A stretch of 64,000 nucleotides of DNA from Gekko japonicus (lineage: Eukaryota), in NCBI RefSeq assembly GCF_001447785.1, contig NW_015163641.1, positions 39,699-103,698 on the forward strand. Direction: 5' to 3'. The notes under the pieces were generated by a model. The model made no database searches and had not been told where the DNA came from. It worked only from the letters and a program-made list of their open reading frames with translations. This document shows positions 1-12,299 of this stretch, piece after piece. Positions within the stretch are counted from its first letter, which is position 1. Each line of letters starts with the position of its first letter. A program made the translations under genes and the position numbers.

Positions 1-51
1 TAGGTGACAGGACCAAGCTTAGTTGCCTACCAACAGGCACTGAGGGGAATG

Positions 52-271
52 TAGGGTTGCCAGCTCTAAGGAGGGAAATCCCTGGAGGTTTGGGGGGTGG
101 ATTCTGTAGAGGACAGCATTGGGGGGGGGGCGGAAGGACTCAGCAGGTATAATGTCATAGGGTCTACCCTCCAAAGCATCCATTTTCTCCAGGGGAACTG
201 ATCTCTGTCACCTGGAGTTCAATTGTAACAGTAGGAGATCTCCAGGTCCCACCTGGAGATTGGCAACCCTA
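52..271. mobile_element. Non-autonomous hAT (Blackjack-like) MITE
   Basis: TIRs TAGGGTTGCCA...TGGCAACCCTA; 8-bp flanks GGGGAATG/GGGGAAAG (TSD, 1 mismatch); many related copies in the window. Confidence 0.85.
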
Positions 272-445
272 GGGGAAAGTCAGCTGCACAGCAGGGGGTT
301 GAAGAGAATGTCTGTCTTTACAAAAAAAAACAACCCCACAGCCTTTGCCTAGGGAAAGGGCAGCTGACATCATTCTCCTCTCCCCTATGCAACTGAAAAT
401 TCCAACTGCCTTGCGGGGGGGGTGAGTTTGAGGTGTGGAATGGAG

Positions 446-552
446 TGACGTCCAATCAGCTTCCATATGCAAATGACCTTGGAACGCTGGGCGGGACTGC
501 ACAAAACAGCCAGTCAACCCAGCCAGTGTCCTCTGAGTGGCATTTCTTCCGG
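446..552. promoter_or_regulatory. Compact cluster of promoter-type motifs (CRE-like, CCAAT, octamer, NR half-site, GC box, ETS)
   Basis: TGACGT 446-451, CCAAT 452-456, ATGCAAAT 467-474, TGACCTTG 474-481, GGGCGGG 489-495, TTCCGG 547-552 in non-repeat sequence. Confidence 0.4.
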
Positions 553-1468
553 CCTAACACTAAGGATGTGAAATTTAGAATGTTGCGAAATAGAATGTTC
601 AATACTCAATTATATATAGGGAGAGATAGGGAGAGATATCAATATGTAACATCAGTGCACTAAAGCTAAGATTATAAGTAGTGCATTATTTCTTGGATGT
701 AACTCTCATAATGATTTATACAAACTAAAAAAAAATTCTATTTATATGGGTTCATCGGCCTTGCGTTACGAAAAAGAGGGGTTTAGAAATGGGGTCAGTC
801 CCTTTGTTTGTGCACCTAATGGGAATAAGTCCCATTGAAACTTACCTCTGAGTAGATATAAACAGAATTGATTCACACATGTAATTTGCCCTTAAAGCGA
901 CTGAAGACAGCAGAAGAACATCCTATATTTTCAAACCTTTTGTATTTTACTTCCAAGGTAAAACTCTCTTGCACACACACCAATTTGGTTTAGTTTTCTT
1001 ATTTCACAGCAGGGGACAATCCTGTCAGTTAGCTGCATCCTTGTCACATATGCATGGCTGGTGCTTTGTGAGGCACAAGATCTCCCAGTTGCACTCCTGT
1101 GGTGCAGTGTTGCTTTGAAAATCCAATGCAATCTAGCATAAGGGAGACTTGGTGGGAGATGCTAGAAATTTAATTAAATGGTATCCTTCATTTACTCCTA
1201 ACACCATATACCGAGCACACCAGGAAATACACCCTCTGTTTGATCTTTAGCAGTGATACGGTTTGGTGTCTAATATACAGCCAGCCTTTTGTTTTAAAGG
1301 TTGCAGTGCTTCCTGGGGTTTGCCAGTGTGTGTCCTTCTCAGATAAAGCGAGAGGAATGATAGAAGGAGGAGAACCTCTACAAATGGACCAGCAGTCTGT
1401 AGGCTTCCAGTATCACTAGCAAGGTAGCTTTGAATCAAGGGAAATGGAATATCTTGATTATTTATTAA

Positions 1469-1931
1469 TGTGTGGGGGCCAGCAAGACTCCTGGGGGGAA
1501 TCCCACCCCCCACCCCGAGCCCAGCATGGAGCCCTGGGCTGCCTGGCAATTTTCTGCAGCTCACCTGGAGCTGTCAGCTAAGGCTGCCATGGTTTGGAAT
1601 GTGTGGGTTGCTCTCCTTGTCTCCCTCCTCTCATCCCCCTTTCCTCTTAGGCTGTGTGCTATTATCTGTCTAGTGTCCTTGAAGCCTCTACTCTGCCTGC
1701 TCCTATTTTCCCACTGGGAATGTAACTGTTGCTTTTTGCCCGTATCTTCAGGTGCTTGCCTATTGGCTTTACTATATCAGTGGGTCATATATGAAGGTGG
1801 TATATCTGAAGGTTCTAATCATTATCCCGCCATTCCTGACACAAGTGTTCATGGTATCCTGAGTACTAGCCCTCAATAAACTGAAACTTCTGAAGGAACG
1901 TTGTTGAGTGTCTTGACTGGGAAGCCTGACA
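1469..1931 (+). mobile_element. Probable solo LTR
   Basis: TG start, ...CCTGACA end, TATA-like CATATATGAA near 1786, AATAAA near 1875 followed by U5-like GT-rich sequence; no clean TSD. Confidence 0.45.
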
Positions 1932-3895
1932 TGAGCCAGCAGAGACTTCTCCTCCACCACCCTCTGCAGCTTGCCCAGCTCTACTAAAACTGGCACATGG
2001 GGCAGGTTACAACAACAATAATAATAATGAAAACATGTACAGCAAAAGCTTTGTTAACCAACATCCACAGGGAATGGAGTTTGATAGTTTACTGAATATG
2101 CCAGTTCGCAAAGCTTTTACCTGCTGGTGAGAGGGCAGCAGTGCTCAAATGACCAGTTACCATGCCTGGGACACAGCCAAGGCCCACAACCCAGTGGTGG
2201 GGAGAGGGCAGCAGTAGGTTGTAGTGGAGTGGGCAGTGGGATCTCGCCAGGTCCCAGGCATGGCTGCCATTTTCATACTTCTACCACCTTCTCCCCACTG
2301 CCAGGGTGGGACCACTGACTGGCAGCAGCAACGTTGAGTGGGTAGTGGTAGAGCAGGTTGTGGGTCTCAGGCATGTGGTTAACAAAGTTGTCCAATTAAA
2401 CAAGTGTTGGTTTAAAAAAAACCCTTATACTGTTTTCTATTTGCCCCTATTTTGCCTTTGGGGAGATCTCATTGGTATGTCTTTTTCTTCCTCGAGTTAA
2501 TGTACATGTTTTTACCCCTGCTCAAGATACACCTCAAAACAACTCAGTGACTTTCTCTTTTTGAAAAAAAATGTTCATATGCTCACACATGCTTTAGAGG
2601 TAGTCAGGTTCCTACCCCTACATCCAATCCGTTGGGCCTAACTGAAAAGAGAACTAGATGTGAAGAAAGTGCATCTGTGTAGCTTTTTCATGTGGGCTGG
2701 CCCAGTTTTAAATGAGACCCACTGCTGTTACGTGTGGAAAACTGAAATAGCACCCGGACAATGGATTGATGATATACTAATGCTGCATGCATAGCTGGAA
2801 CGATCCTATTTAAACCCAGTGCTTGCTGCATCAAATGCACATAGTCAAGTTTTTTATATGGACCATCAGAATGTTTAAATTTGGCTTAGAAGTCTAAATG
2901 AGAGGACTGAAATGCACACTCCCTACAGACACAGGATGCCAGCGCAGTGAAATCCCTTTCATCTCCTACAGCTATCTATTTGGATAGTAAACCTGGCTCA
3001 ATGTGTTTGGTGCAGCTACTCTGTAGAAAATGCAGTCATATACTGGCACAGTCAGATCAAGAACAGATCCTGTTTGAACAGCCAATACATGACAGGCTAC
3101 AGCAAACTAAAGGACTACAATGTACAACAGATCACATAAAACCCTTTAGAAATGTCATAGGGAACAGAGGCAGTGATCCCGGTTTGACTGTTGTGGTTTT
3201 ACAAGTTATACTAACAAAACAATCTTTATTTTGGATTGCTGGGGCATATGCTATTGCTCTGTTTCATTTAAGAGAATTAGCAGCTAATTTGGAGAGAACA
3301 GAGGATGAATTTAAGGCTGCCTTCAATGACTGCTGATGTAATTTTCTTGTTTCTTAGGGTTTACCCACAAGCAATCTTTATACCTCATCGTGAACAGATC
3401 AAAATATCCATACAGTGGGGCCAGGTACAGCAAGGGGTGGTTTTTCTAAAAACCTGGGGCAACACCCTGAGTTTGCAGAAACACTCCCCCATAGTTAGGG
3501 AGGCTGAAAACCCTTAACACTAGAAAAGTGATCTCTAAGCAACAAATCATTACAATTTTAAATCATTACAATTTTGAAGCATCTTGTGACTGTCACAAGA
3601 TCTTGGGAAACAGTGGGTTAAAGTGGGAGGCTTGACATGGAACTTAATATTGACTGATATGCCTGGCAGTGATTTTCTACAGGATCTCAGATGGTGGAAG
3701 TATCTTTCCAACACCTGCTTCTTGAGATCATTTGTCCTGAAATGCCTGGTGCAGATGGTATACCTTTGGACCATATAGATTTTCCTAAAAAGGCAGGCAA
3801 ACATGTGAAGCTGCTTTATAACAGGTATCTGTTCGTTTTCCTACCTGGGTTTAAAGCAAGCCAGAACACATATCCAACTGCGAAATGGTGTGGTA

Positions 3896-4211
3896 GGATA
3901 AATCAGTCAATCCTAAAAGTAATCGAACCTGACTGTTCCCTGGAAGGCCAGATAATGAAACTGAAGCTCAAATACTTTGGCCACCAAATGAGAAGGGAGC
4001 ACTCACTGGAGAAGACCCTGATGCTGGGAAAGATAGAAGGTCAAAGAAGACGGGGCCGGCAAATGATGAGATGGTTAGACAGTGTCATAGATGCAACAAA
4101 CATGAAATTGAGCCAACTTCAGAGGACGGCGGAAGACAGGAAGGCCTGGTGTGATCTGGTCCATGGGGTCACAAAGAGTCGGACTCGACTGTGCGACTGA
4201 ACAACAACAAC
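3896..4211 (+). mobile_element. RTE-BovB LINE 3' fragment
   Basis: Translation SLEGQIMKLKLKYFGHQMRREHSLEKTLMLGKIEGQRRRGRQMMRWLDSV...HGVTKSRTRL matches the BovB ORF C-terminus; (CAA)n tail. Confidence 0.93.
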
Positions 4212-5321
4212 TCAGCAATTTGGCCAATATCCATCTTCTCCCCATGCCATGACTGCTTCTTAATGTCCAGACTGCACATCTGTGAATTCCAGAATCACAT
4301 GTTGCTTGGCCCATTAAGAATGACCTTTGTTCCATCCCTTGCCCTTCTAATCCACTTCTCCCTAGTCTTTCTTGTATCTTAGAAAGCGTTGGGTTCAGAG
4401 TAAGGAAGCATGCTTCACAGCTCTACAGAGGCATAAAAAGCAAATTTGCAAGTGATACTGAAGTCACTCTCTTTAATTTTATGCACACCATGAGTTCCAT
4501 TTGGAGTGTGTTTAGAATTTGAAGTGTGCGCAGTCCTGCCAAAAGAGATGCATACAGAAGTCCAACAAATCCTTCTCTTTTACCCTGGCAGAAATCATGC
4601 AAATATTAAATTGAAATAGTAGTGGAAGTTACGAAAATGGTTTTTATGTCTATGTATAAAACCGTTTATATGCAATTGATGCTGATCCTTAGTCAATAAA
4701 GCCACCCTTTTAATAGAAAATGATGGAGTCCCAAAAATTCAATATAAGTTAGTGAGTCTGAATATTTTATCACATATGAAATGTACTGTAAGAGAGATCG
4801 CCTAAAGGCAGACGAGGAATTCACTCACAATGCTCATTAAAATTACAATGAAATGTTCTTTTAAAAATACATTCTCTTCTATTCTCTTAGGCATGGCATG
4901 AAATTGAGAAGGGGAACTCTCGTCCCATTGTCCTTGTGATCCATTTCAAACACTTGACTTCAAGCATTTAAAAGACATTCTAAAGCTGTGTTAACCCTTT
5001 GAAAGCAGGGGCAGCTGCCGAGTCTGCCATTTAGAACAAATGTGTCACATCAGAAATGGCCAGACAAGTGGAAAACGGCCTTTTAATACTGCTTAATGTG
5101 CTAAGTGTTTTGAGATGACAGGACTGTGCATCTTTCACATTAGTAGGAACCCCTGTTCTAATACCAGTGGGTAAGTTATCTCTTTCTGAAAATTAGCTTT
5201 GTGGTTATAGAATTATATACCTGAACTTACTAAAGTGTCTCTCTTCACAAGCTCATCCAGTAGTAGGCCCTGCATTAAGGGACTGTTTTATGTCATGGAA
5301 GGTCCTGATTCAAATCTGAAT

Positions 5322-5468
5322 GAGGGCTCTTTTTGTAGCAGGTACTCATTTGCATATTAAGCGACACACCCCTAATGTAGCCAATCCTCCAAGAGCTTAC
5401 AGTAGTTCCTGTAAGAAGGGGTGTGTGGCCTAATATGCAAAGGAGTTCCTGCTACAAAAAGAGCCCTG
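5322..5468. mobile_element. Palindromic hAT-type MITE (octamer-containing family)
   Basis: AGGGCTCTTTTTGTAGCAGG...CCTGCTACAAAAAGAGCCCTG long TIRs; ATTTGCAT motif in left arm. Confidence 0.8.
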
Positions 5469-5571
5469 GTAAGATTCCCCCCCCCTTAAAAACACAAGTG
5501 CACATACATATGGAATTTGATTCCCACCACCTACTGCTGATTCCCATCACTTAATACTGGATCATTTTAAC

Positions 5572-5643
5572 GGGAGATGCCAGAGATTGAACCTGGGACC
5601 TTCTGCTTGCAAAGCAGACACTCTACCACTCAGCCACATCCCC
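5572..5643 (-). mobile_element. tRNA-derived SINE head (Anolis SINE2/Squam2-like)
   Basis: Reverse complement GGCTGAGTGGTAGAG...GGTTCAATCTCTGGCATCTCC with Pol III A/B boxes; related pieces at ~18680-18810, 31065-31215, 33880-33995, 39860-40022, 49920-50065. Confidence 0.7.
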
Positions 5644-5802
5644 TCCCTGCCACCTAGGATTAGGCTGAGAAAATGACTTGGCTAGCACTGCACTTTACAA
5701 GAAGTTACATGTGGCCCTTATAGTTCAACACTCCTATTACCACATTACTGGCCATCCAGTATCTCTCACTCTCTGCCCTTCTATGTAACCTGACAATCAT
5801 AA

Positions 5803-6010
5803 TGGTGGTGGAAAGTGCCATCAAGTCACAGCTGATTTATGGCAACCCCAAAGGATTTTGAAGGCAAGAGATGTTCAGACGTGGTTTGCCATTGCCTGCC
5901 TCTGCATATCAACCCTGGACTTCGTTGCTGGGTCTCCCATCCAAATACTAACCAGGGCCAACCCTGCTTAGGCTGACAAGATCAGGCTAGTCTGGGCCAT
6001 CCAGCTAAAG
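5803..6010 (-). mobile_element. 5S rRNA-derived SINE (5S-Sauria-like)
   Basis: Reverse complement has a 5S-like head (CCTGATCTTGTCAG...AAGCAGGGTTGGCCCTGGTTAGTATTTGGATGGGAGACC) and an RTE-like tail. Confidence 0.8.
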
Positions 6011-6198
6011 ATGGCAATCATAACACTGGCCCTATTTTGGAGGACTGTTGAAAGCAATACTGTATTAATATAGGTTAAGTGGTTTAAGCACTTAGACGAA
6101 GTACTACATAATGTGAGTTTGTTGTGCTGTTCACATGTTTTCTGAGCTCTACAAGTTCCTTATCAAGAACTAGCTCCCACATGTCTGGAAGAGTGTTG

Positions 6199-6283
6199 CA
6201 CAGTGCCATCCTATGGCAAGTTACTCCAGTCATATTGGTTTCAGAGGGCTTAGACTGGAGTTATTCTGCATAGGACTGCAACG
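6199..6283. mobile_element. Short palindromic PIF/Harbinger-like MITE
   Basis: CAGTGCCATCCTA...TAGGACTGCA hairpin structure; same family as 15251-15337. Confidence 0.6.
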
Positions 6284-6895
6284 CTAATGACCAAACCCTA
6301 GGGGTGGCACAGACTGTACAAGTCCTTCCCATAGAATAAGCAACTGGGGCAGCACTCATTCTATGGAAAAGACTAATGAGCTTGGCTCCCACCCACATGA
6401 TCGGGTCATTAGTATTTTCTCCTGGCTTTGTTGGAGCTGCTCATGAGCTAATGTCTCCTGTCCTATCAGATAATTCCTAAAGGGTAACTGTGTCACCCTT
6501 AAGGATTCATTGGATTTACAGTCATGGATTTGGTGGCTACTAACTGAAATTGATTTCTTCAAATGCAGGAAAGACTTTTATGCCATATTATCTGTTTTGG
6601 CCTAACTGAAGATGAACAAAAGCACAGGCTTAGGTGACCAAGCTAACAGTGTCATAAATAAGTAAATAAATAAACGAGCAACCAGTTATTGAGTGCTACA
6701 AGAGTTACTACAAATTGGAGCTGTAACACCTACCTAGAATTCTCCAATTAATTTTACACATTTCCAGCTGGGAGTTGACCAGTAACTTGGTCTGGACTGG
6801 AAAAGTACAAATATTTATTTTTTCATATGTATTTTTTTTTCATTTCTTTTATTATTTATGCATGGTTCATCCCATCTATTTTTCCTGGCAAATTT

Positions 6896-7041
6896 CCAGC
6901 ATGGTGTAGTGGTCAGTGCACTGGACTAAGATTTGGGACTCCCAGATTCAAATCCTCACTCTGCCATGGAAGCCTTGGGCCAGTCATTCTCTCTTAGCCT
7001 AACCTCCCTTACAAGGTTGTTAGGAGGATAAAATAGAGAAC
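6896..7041 (+). mobile_element. MIR/Ther1-derived tRNA SINE (Squam3-like), interrupted by a hAT MITE
   Basis: CCAGCATGGTGTAGTGG A box, GATTCAAATCC B box, core CTCTTAGCCTAACCTCCCTTACAAGGTTGTTAGGAGGATAAA; 3' part resumes after 7438. Confidence 0.75.
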
Positions 7042-7438
7042 CAGGGCTATTTTTGGGCAGGAACGCACAGGAACGGAGTTCTGGCTGGCTCCCAAGTTGG
7101 CCACACCCAGCAGGAACTCATTAGCATAATAGGCCACACCCAACAACAGAAACTCATTAGGATTGGCTACATTAGGCACCCCTGTGGCCTAACATGCAAA
7201 GGAGTTCCTGCTACAAAAAAGCCCTGGGTTTTGACAACTAACAAGGTTAACAGAATAAGAAGCAAAAGGTGGGTGTGGCTGGATGACCAGACTTCTGGTA
7301 ACATGGGGGTGTGGCCTAATGCGCTAATGAGCTGTCCTGTCAGGGGTGTGGCCTAATATGCTAATGATTTTCTGCTGTTGGGTGTGACCTATTATGCTAA
7401 TGAGTTCCTGCTGGGCTTTTTCTACAAAAAGAGCCCTG
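7042..7438 (+). mobile_element. Composite hAT MITE (~400 bp) with an internal extra TIR
   Basis: CAGGGCT...AGCCCTG termini, internal AAAAAAGCCCTG at ~7215-7226; inverted full-length copy at 25422-25812. Confidence 0.85.
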
Positions 7439-7703
7439 TAAATGTCAGCCACTTTGTCAGCCACTTGAAGAACGATGTCAGCTTCTTGGAGGAAGGTGGG
7501 GTAATGAAATAAATATTGCTTATTTCTATTGGTGAAGGAAAGTGCCGTCATCACTGCTGGGCTTTTTCTACAAAAAGAGCCCTGTGAGAACAATGCCAGC
7601 CACTTTGTCAGCCACTTGGAGAACAATGTCAGCTTCTCAGAGGAATGTGGGGTAATGAAATAAATATTGTGTATTTCTATTGGTGAAGGAAAGTGCAGCC
7701 ATC
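7408..7703. repeat. Tandem duplication (~146-bp unit) starting in a MITE right end
   Basis: Units start at 7408 and 7554, both CTGCTGGGCTTTTTCTACAAAAAGAGCCCTG; modest divergence. Confidence 0.85.
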
Positions 7704-7882
7704 ACGGCTGACTTATGGCAACCCCATGGGGTTTTCAAGGCAAGAGACGTTCAGAGGTGGTTTGCCCTTTTCGACCTCTGAGTCACAACCCTGGTCACCC
7801 ATCCAAATATTTGCCAGAGCCGACCCTGCTTAGCTTCCGAGATCTAACAACATCAGGCTAGCCTGGGCTATCCAGGTCAGGA
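7680..7882 (-). mobile_element. 5S rRNA-derived SINE
   Basis: CCCTGCTTAGCTTCCGAGATC is the reverse complement of the 5S internal region GATCTCGGAAGCTAAGCAGGG. Confidence 0.8.
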
Positions 7883-9318
7883 CTTATCACCCCATTTTAA
7901 TGTTATATCATCCCTATGTACATCACCTTTATGCAGAAAGATTGGTAAAGACATGCACCCAACTAAGCAATTCTGAAGACTTAAGGGCACTTAAACTTCA
8001 GAAGTGGGTATGGTGATTTTTGCTGATTCCTCTTCCTTCAGCAGAGCCCCACTTTACCTCCTTTGCTGTTCCTGAAGGGCCACTGAACCCCCCAGAAACA
8101 AATTCCTGGGAGCTCAAGGCAGCAGGAACAGGATGCAGAAAGAACCCACTGTGAAGTCCAGGATGGTTGGATTGATAACAGTATTTCTATTAAACTTTGC
8201 CAATGTGCTTAAGAAGAAGGCTGAGAGCGGTCTCATTCCCTGTGTGGAGAAATCATTTTTTAAAAGCCTGATATTTTAAAAATCAAACTGGGGTCTTCAC
8301 ACGATGAATGCTAGATCTTTTGTGGATCGTTCCTACACAGGAAATTGAGCTCTGCTACAATGTTTGGGGTTCTTGTGCCAGCACTGACAGATGCAGTTAA
8401 TGCCTCAGATCAGTGCCCAAAAGAGAAACAGGAACGTGGATGCTGTGCTTTTGCTTAGACACATAGTCCCAATGTGGGGAAAGTACAATACGCCGACTTC
8501 AATCATTGCCATTTATTTGTATGTAAATATATAAGTAAAGCGTTCTTCAGTTGCCCTGAATGTTTAAGCTAATGTGCAGCAATTAAAAGCTGGCATTTTG
8601 CCAATGATATCCTCCAGAATGATTAAAAGGAATTGTATTGGTCCAGCTGTTAATATCTACATTTTATGTGTGGCTGAGTTTGGGTATCATTTAATTACAA
8701 GCAATTTTACTGCAGCATCTGTCACCTAACTTAATGTGATTTATTCTGCCCAAATGCTGAGAGAAATCCCCTATCTTCAAAGGTTCGGTGAGAATATGAG
8801 TAAAATATACCTGGAGAGAATATGCATAGTGCAACTTCGTCAAGCTAAGTAATTTGATCTAACAACAATATCTGATATTTTCGGATTGCAGTTTTAGGTG
8901 CGAAAATATGTGGCTTCTTAGATATTTTTTTTGAAGAATAGTTGACATTCAAGCTGTGTTAATCATTTCAACAACTGATCACATTATTACCCAGTTCTTC
9001 CTCTATGAAGCTCAGTGTCAAGGTTTTATGACGTTCCCTTGTGCAGAACAGTAAAATAGGGGATCAGGGCAGTGTATAGTTTTGTGGGTTACCATTGTAC
9101 AAGCTGCTGTGTTATGAAAACAAAGAGGCACACTCAGACACACCTCTAGGCTTATCTAGGAACTCATTATTAATAAAAACTACCTGGAATATCCAGAATA
9201 AAACATAGACAACTGCAAACAACCAAGTGTATCTTAATCCAGCTTAATTTTACAGCCCAGTTACCTTTGTGTCCTTTAAATGAAAACAACACTATTGCCT
9301 GAAGCCATGTGTATGCAA

Positions 9319-9352
9319 GATAGATGATAGATGATAGATAGAAAGATAGATA
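9319..9352. repeat. (GATA)n microsatellite
   Basis: gatagatgatagatgatagatagaaagatagata. Confidence 0.8.
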
Positions 9353-11316
9353 TTAGTGCTGCAAAATGCTGAAGACTGCCCTAAAGCACACTGCTGAAAG
9401 ATGCAGTTAGATGTAACATAGGCCTTTTGAAGCAAAGAAATGCGGTAAACTATTGTCCTGTTTGTATAAATAGCACTGTAAATTTTGTAAATGCTTCCAC
9501 CTCTATTGCCATGTAACTCTGTATATCTTCTCTGAATAATAATGATCTTGCATGGCTATAGAAAATAAACTGGGTAACAACAACAAGACTCTCAAGAATC
9601 ATGGTGACAGTGTGTTCAAATACGCTTTGGCAACGAGATGCACTGTGGTATTATCATTGCCCTTCTTGCCAATAATTTCTAACAGATAACCATAGCAACC
9701 TCAGCCATGCATTACCTGGGACATTTATGGCCCCACGGCTCAAATGCACACAGACAAGTCACCTCTTGTTGACGTTTGGCAGAAGGCATTTGGGGGACAG
9801 GCCTTGTTCTGAAACATGCTCACTCAGCTAATGTTAAATAGAGCATGATTATACTATTCAGGGAGCAGAGAGACAACTATCTGTCTGGAGGCAGTGAAAT
9901 CTTTCTTATTTGCAACCAAATCAACTCTGGTGGAGTACCCTTCAATATTTAATAGGTGGCAGAAACTGTGCAATCAATGGCAGACAAGGAGTAAGATGAT
10001 AATGGTATCCTGCCATCTGCCTGGGGCTGTGACCACAATGAGCTATGGATCTATCTGACCCTTTCCAACAAGATCTGTGCTGACACTTCCTCAGCTGGCT
10101 GGGCTAAAAGCCTCTTTTTGTGGAAACAGGAAATTAGAATGGATCTCAGGCAGGATCAAACATTGATTTGTTTTCTTCCTGCTCATGTTCCAGTTTCTTA
10201 CTTGGGAAAACAAAGGCACATTTCATTCATACTTATTTCTTAGGGTATTAGTGCAAATGAAATCTCCATTAAGAATCCTGAATTGAAAACTAGTGAATTC
10301 TCTTCCCCAGCAAATTCTCCCTCTGCTTTCAGTTCTCTTAGATTATACCAGCATGGATTTATGAGAAATTTCCTACACGATTGTGTGTCAGCTTTTTATT
10401 CACTTAGCTACTGGCTGAAAATGAGCCAAAGTACCCACGACAAGATGATGTAATCCAAGATGTGGGAGAAGAATTTTTTATTTCAATTTTCTAAAATTTT
10501 TCATTGTAGGACCCCCAAAGGAACAAATAGATCAGTATGTGAAACAAACGTGCTATCTTATTCTTTCCCCAGATCTTTACCTAGCAGTAAAACTGCTGCT
10601 ACTTGTAGGAATTCCCATTTTCTTTCTCTGAACTGCTTCCATAAATTGGCTTGCACTGGAGACAGGAGGAATTAGAAGTGGAGATGCAATTCCAGAGCAG
10701 AGTTCAAGCATGCTTTCCATCCCTGCAAGATAAGTGGCCTCCACATTCCTTTCCAACTAGGCTGTCAAGTAACACAGGTCCAGAGTCAACCTCAGTCCAT
10801 GGAGGGAAGGGGAAGGAGAGAAGTGGTCACACAGAGAATTAGGGCTGAGACAAAATTTTGCAAGCTAGCTTGACTCAGCTCTCTCATTACAATTTTGCTT
10901 CATCCTTAAGAATGAACCCATAACATAGGTATGGTGGGTACAAACAAATAGCATGTAAATGATATAAAAATAGCATAGAAGAAGCTATGTGAAAAACTCT
11001 ATGGTAAATTTGGCTCCTACCAGAGTTTTTGCTCAGATACCAGACTGTTGCTCCCATGTGATGACATCACTTACAGGTCATGTGGGCAGTGGGCACTACC
11101 TGTTGGCTGGGCCTCCCTCCTTTCCAAGGTAAGTTACCCCACTGGCCAGATGATTGGCAGTGGGGCGGTGGGGCCTGGTGGCAGGGGAACTTAAAAAGAG
11201 GGAACTTGAAAAAGAGGGAGGCAATGGCTTTTTGTTAGTTATTGAAGCGCTAACAAAAGTCTGACCTCCACCAGGAAATCTGGCAGCCATAAACAGCAAT
11301 GAAAATGGCATGTAAG

Positions 11317-11681
11317 CAAGGGTCATTTCCTGTGGGAGTGCACAGGAGTGGAGCTCCAGCAGTAAGGAGCCCAGGGGGCGGGCACATGCAACAAGACCTG
11401 CCCCCTGCTCCCAGCAGCCCTCAATCGGGCCATGAGGAGCAAGAAGCAGCCAGGTAAGTTGCAGAGCCCTCCCCGGCCCGCCTTCAGGTACAAGCTCTCC
11501 CTCCTCTGTGAGGGCAGATCTGTGCGTTCCCCCCATAGCTAGCAATCCAAAACAGTCCAGTGGAGCCTGAGCAGTGGGTGTTGCCTTCTGACACACTTCC
11601 GGTGATGTCAGGGGGCGTGGCACATGCAAAAAAGTTATGCTAATGAGCTCCTGCACCTCTTTTTCTATGAAATGACTCCTG
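11317..11681 (+). mobile_element. hAT MITE (CAGGGGTCATTTC-TIR family)
   Basis: CAAGGGTCATTTC...GAAATGACTCCTG; TSD CATGTAAG/CATATAAG; close relative at 45789-46209. Confidence 0.85.
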
Positions 11682-12021
11682 CATATAAGAATGATGCTAT
11701 GTATGTAAACCAATTGAGTTACAATGGGTACAAGCCTCCTGTTTGTTACACGTTAGTCTGTCTTGTAGATTCTCATGTCTGTTTGTTTTTCTATGTAGAA
11801 AATCAATAAAAAGTAAGATGTTGCCAGGACTTAGGTTTTCTCCTTTGTGTTGGCCAAAAGTCAGACCACTGTAAAACAAAAACAAGAAATGTTTACTGAC
11901 TTTCAAGCCTCTTTTTAAAAGACTCATCCTTATGCTTGGTTCTCTCTGGTTTGCGACTTTCTGTTGGAATATCTGAGTTAATTTATTGTTTTTGCTTCTT
12001 TTCTCTTCACATTTTAGTTAT

Positions 12022-12299
12022 TTTTTTATTCTTAATATGATTCTTTTAAATTGAGGGGCCTGAAAAGTTGCAGGGGTGGGTCCAAAACATTTCAAATTAT
12101 ATGTTTTGTTCAGTCAGTCTCCTAATATTTAAAACCAACCATAGATTAAAAGGTCAATACTTTTTTATTCTTAATATGATTCTTTTAAATTGAGGGGCCT
12201 GAAAAGTTGCAGGGGTGGGTCCAAAACATTTCAAATTATATTTTTTGTTCAGTCAGTCTCCTAATATGTAAAACTAACCATAGATTAAAAGGTCAATAC
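12022..12299. repeat. Near-identical 139-bp tandem duplication
   Basis: 12022-12160 and 12161-12299 differ at only a few positions. Confidence 0.92.

Noticed and set aside
2947-3336. 129-aa ORF in unique sequence
   Set aside because: GTG start, no recognisable family, no convincing splice context.
5572-5643. tRNA-like sequences here and at other SINE heads
   Set aside because: They continue into SINE bodies and are degenerate; not tRNA genes.
7042-7438. Regularly spaced short repeats suggestive of a CRISPR-like array
   Set aside because: Eukaryotic hAT MITE subterminal repeats bounded by TIRs/TSD; no constant repeat-spacer structure and no cas genes.
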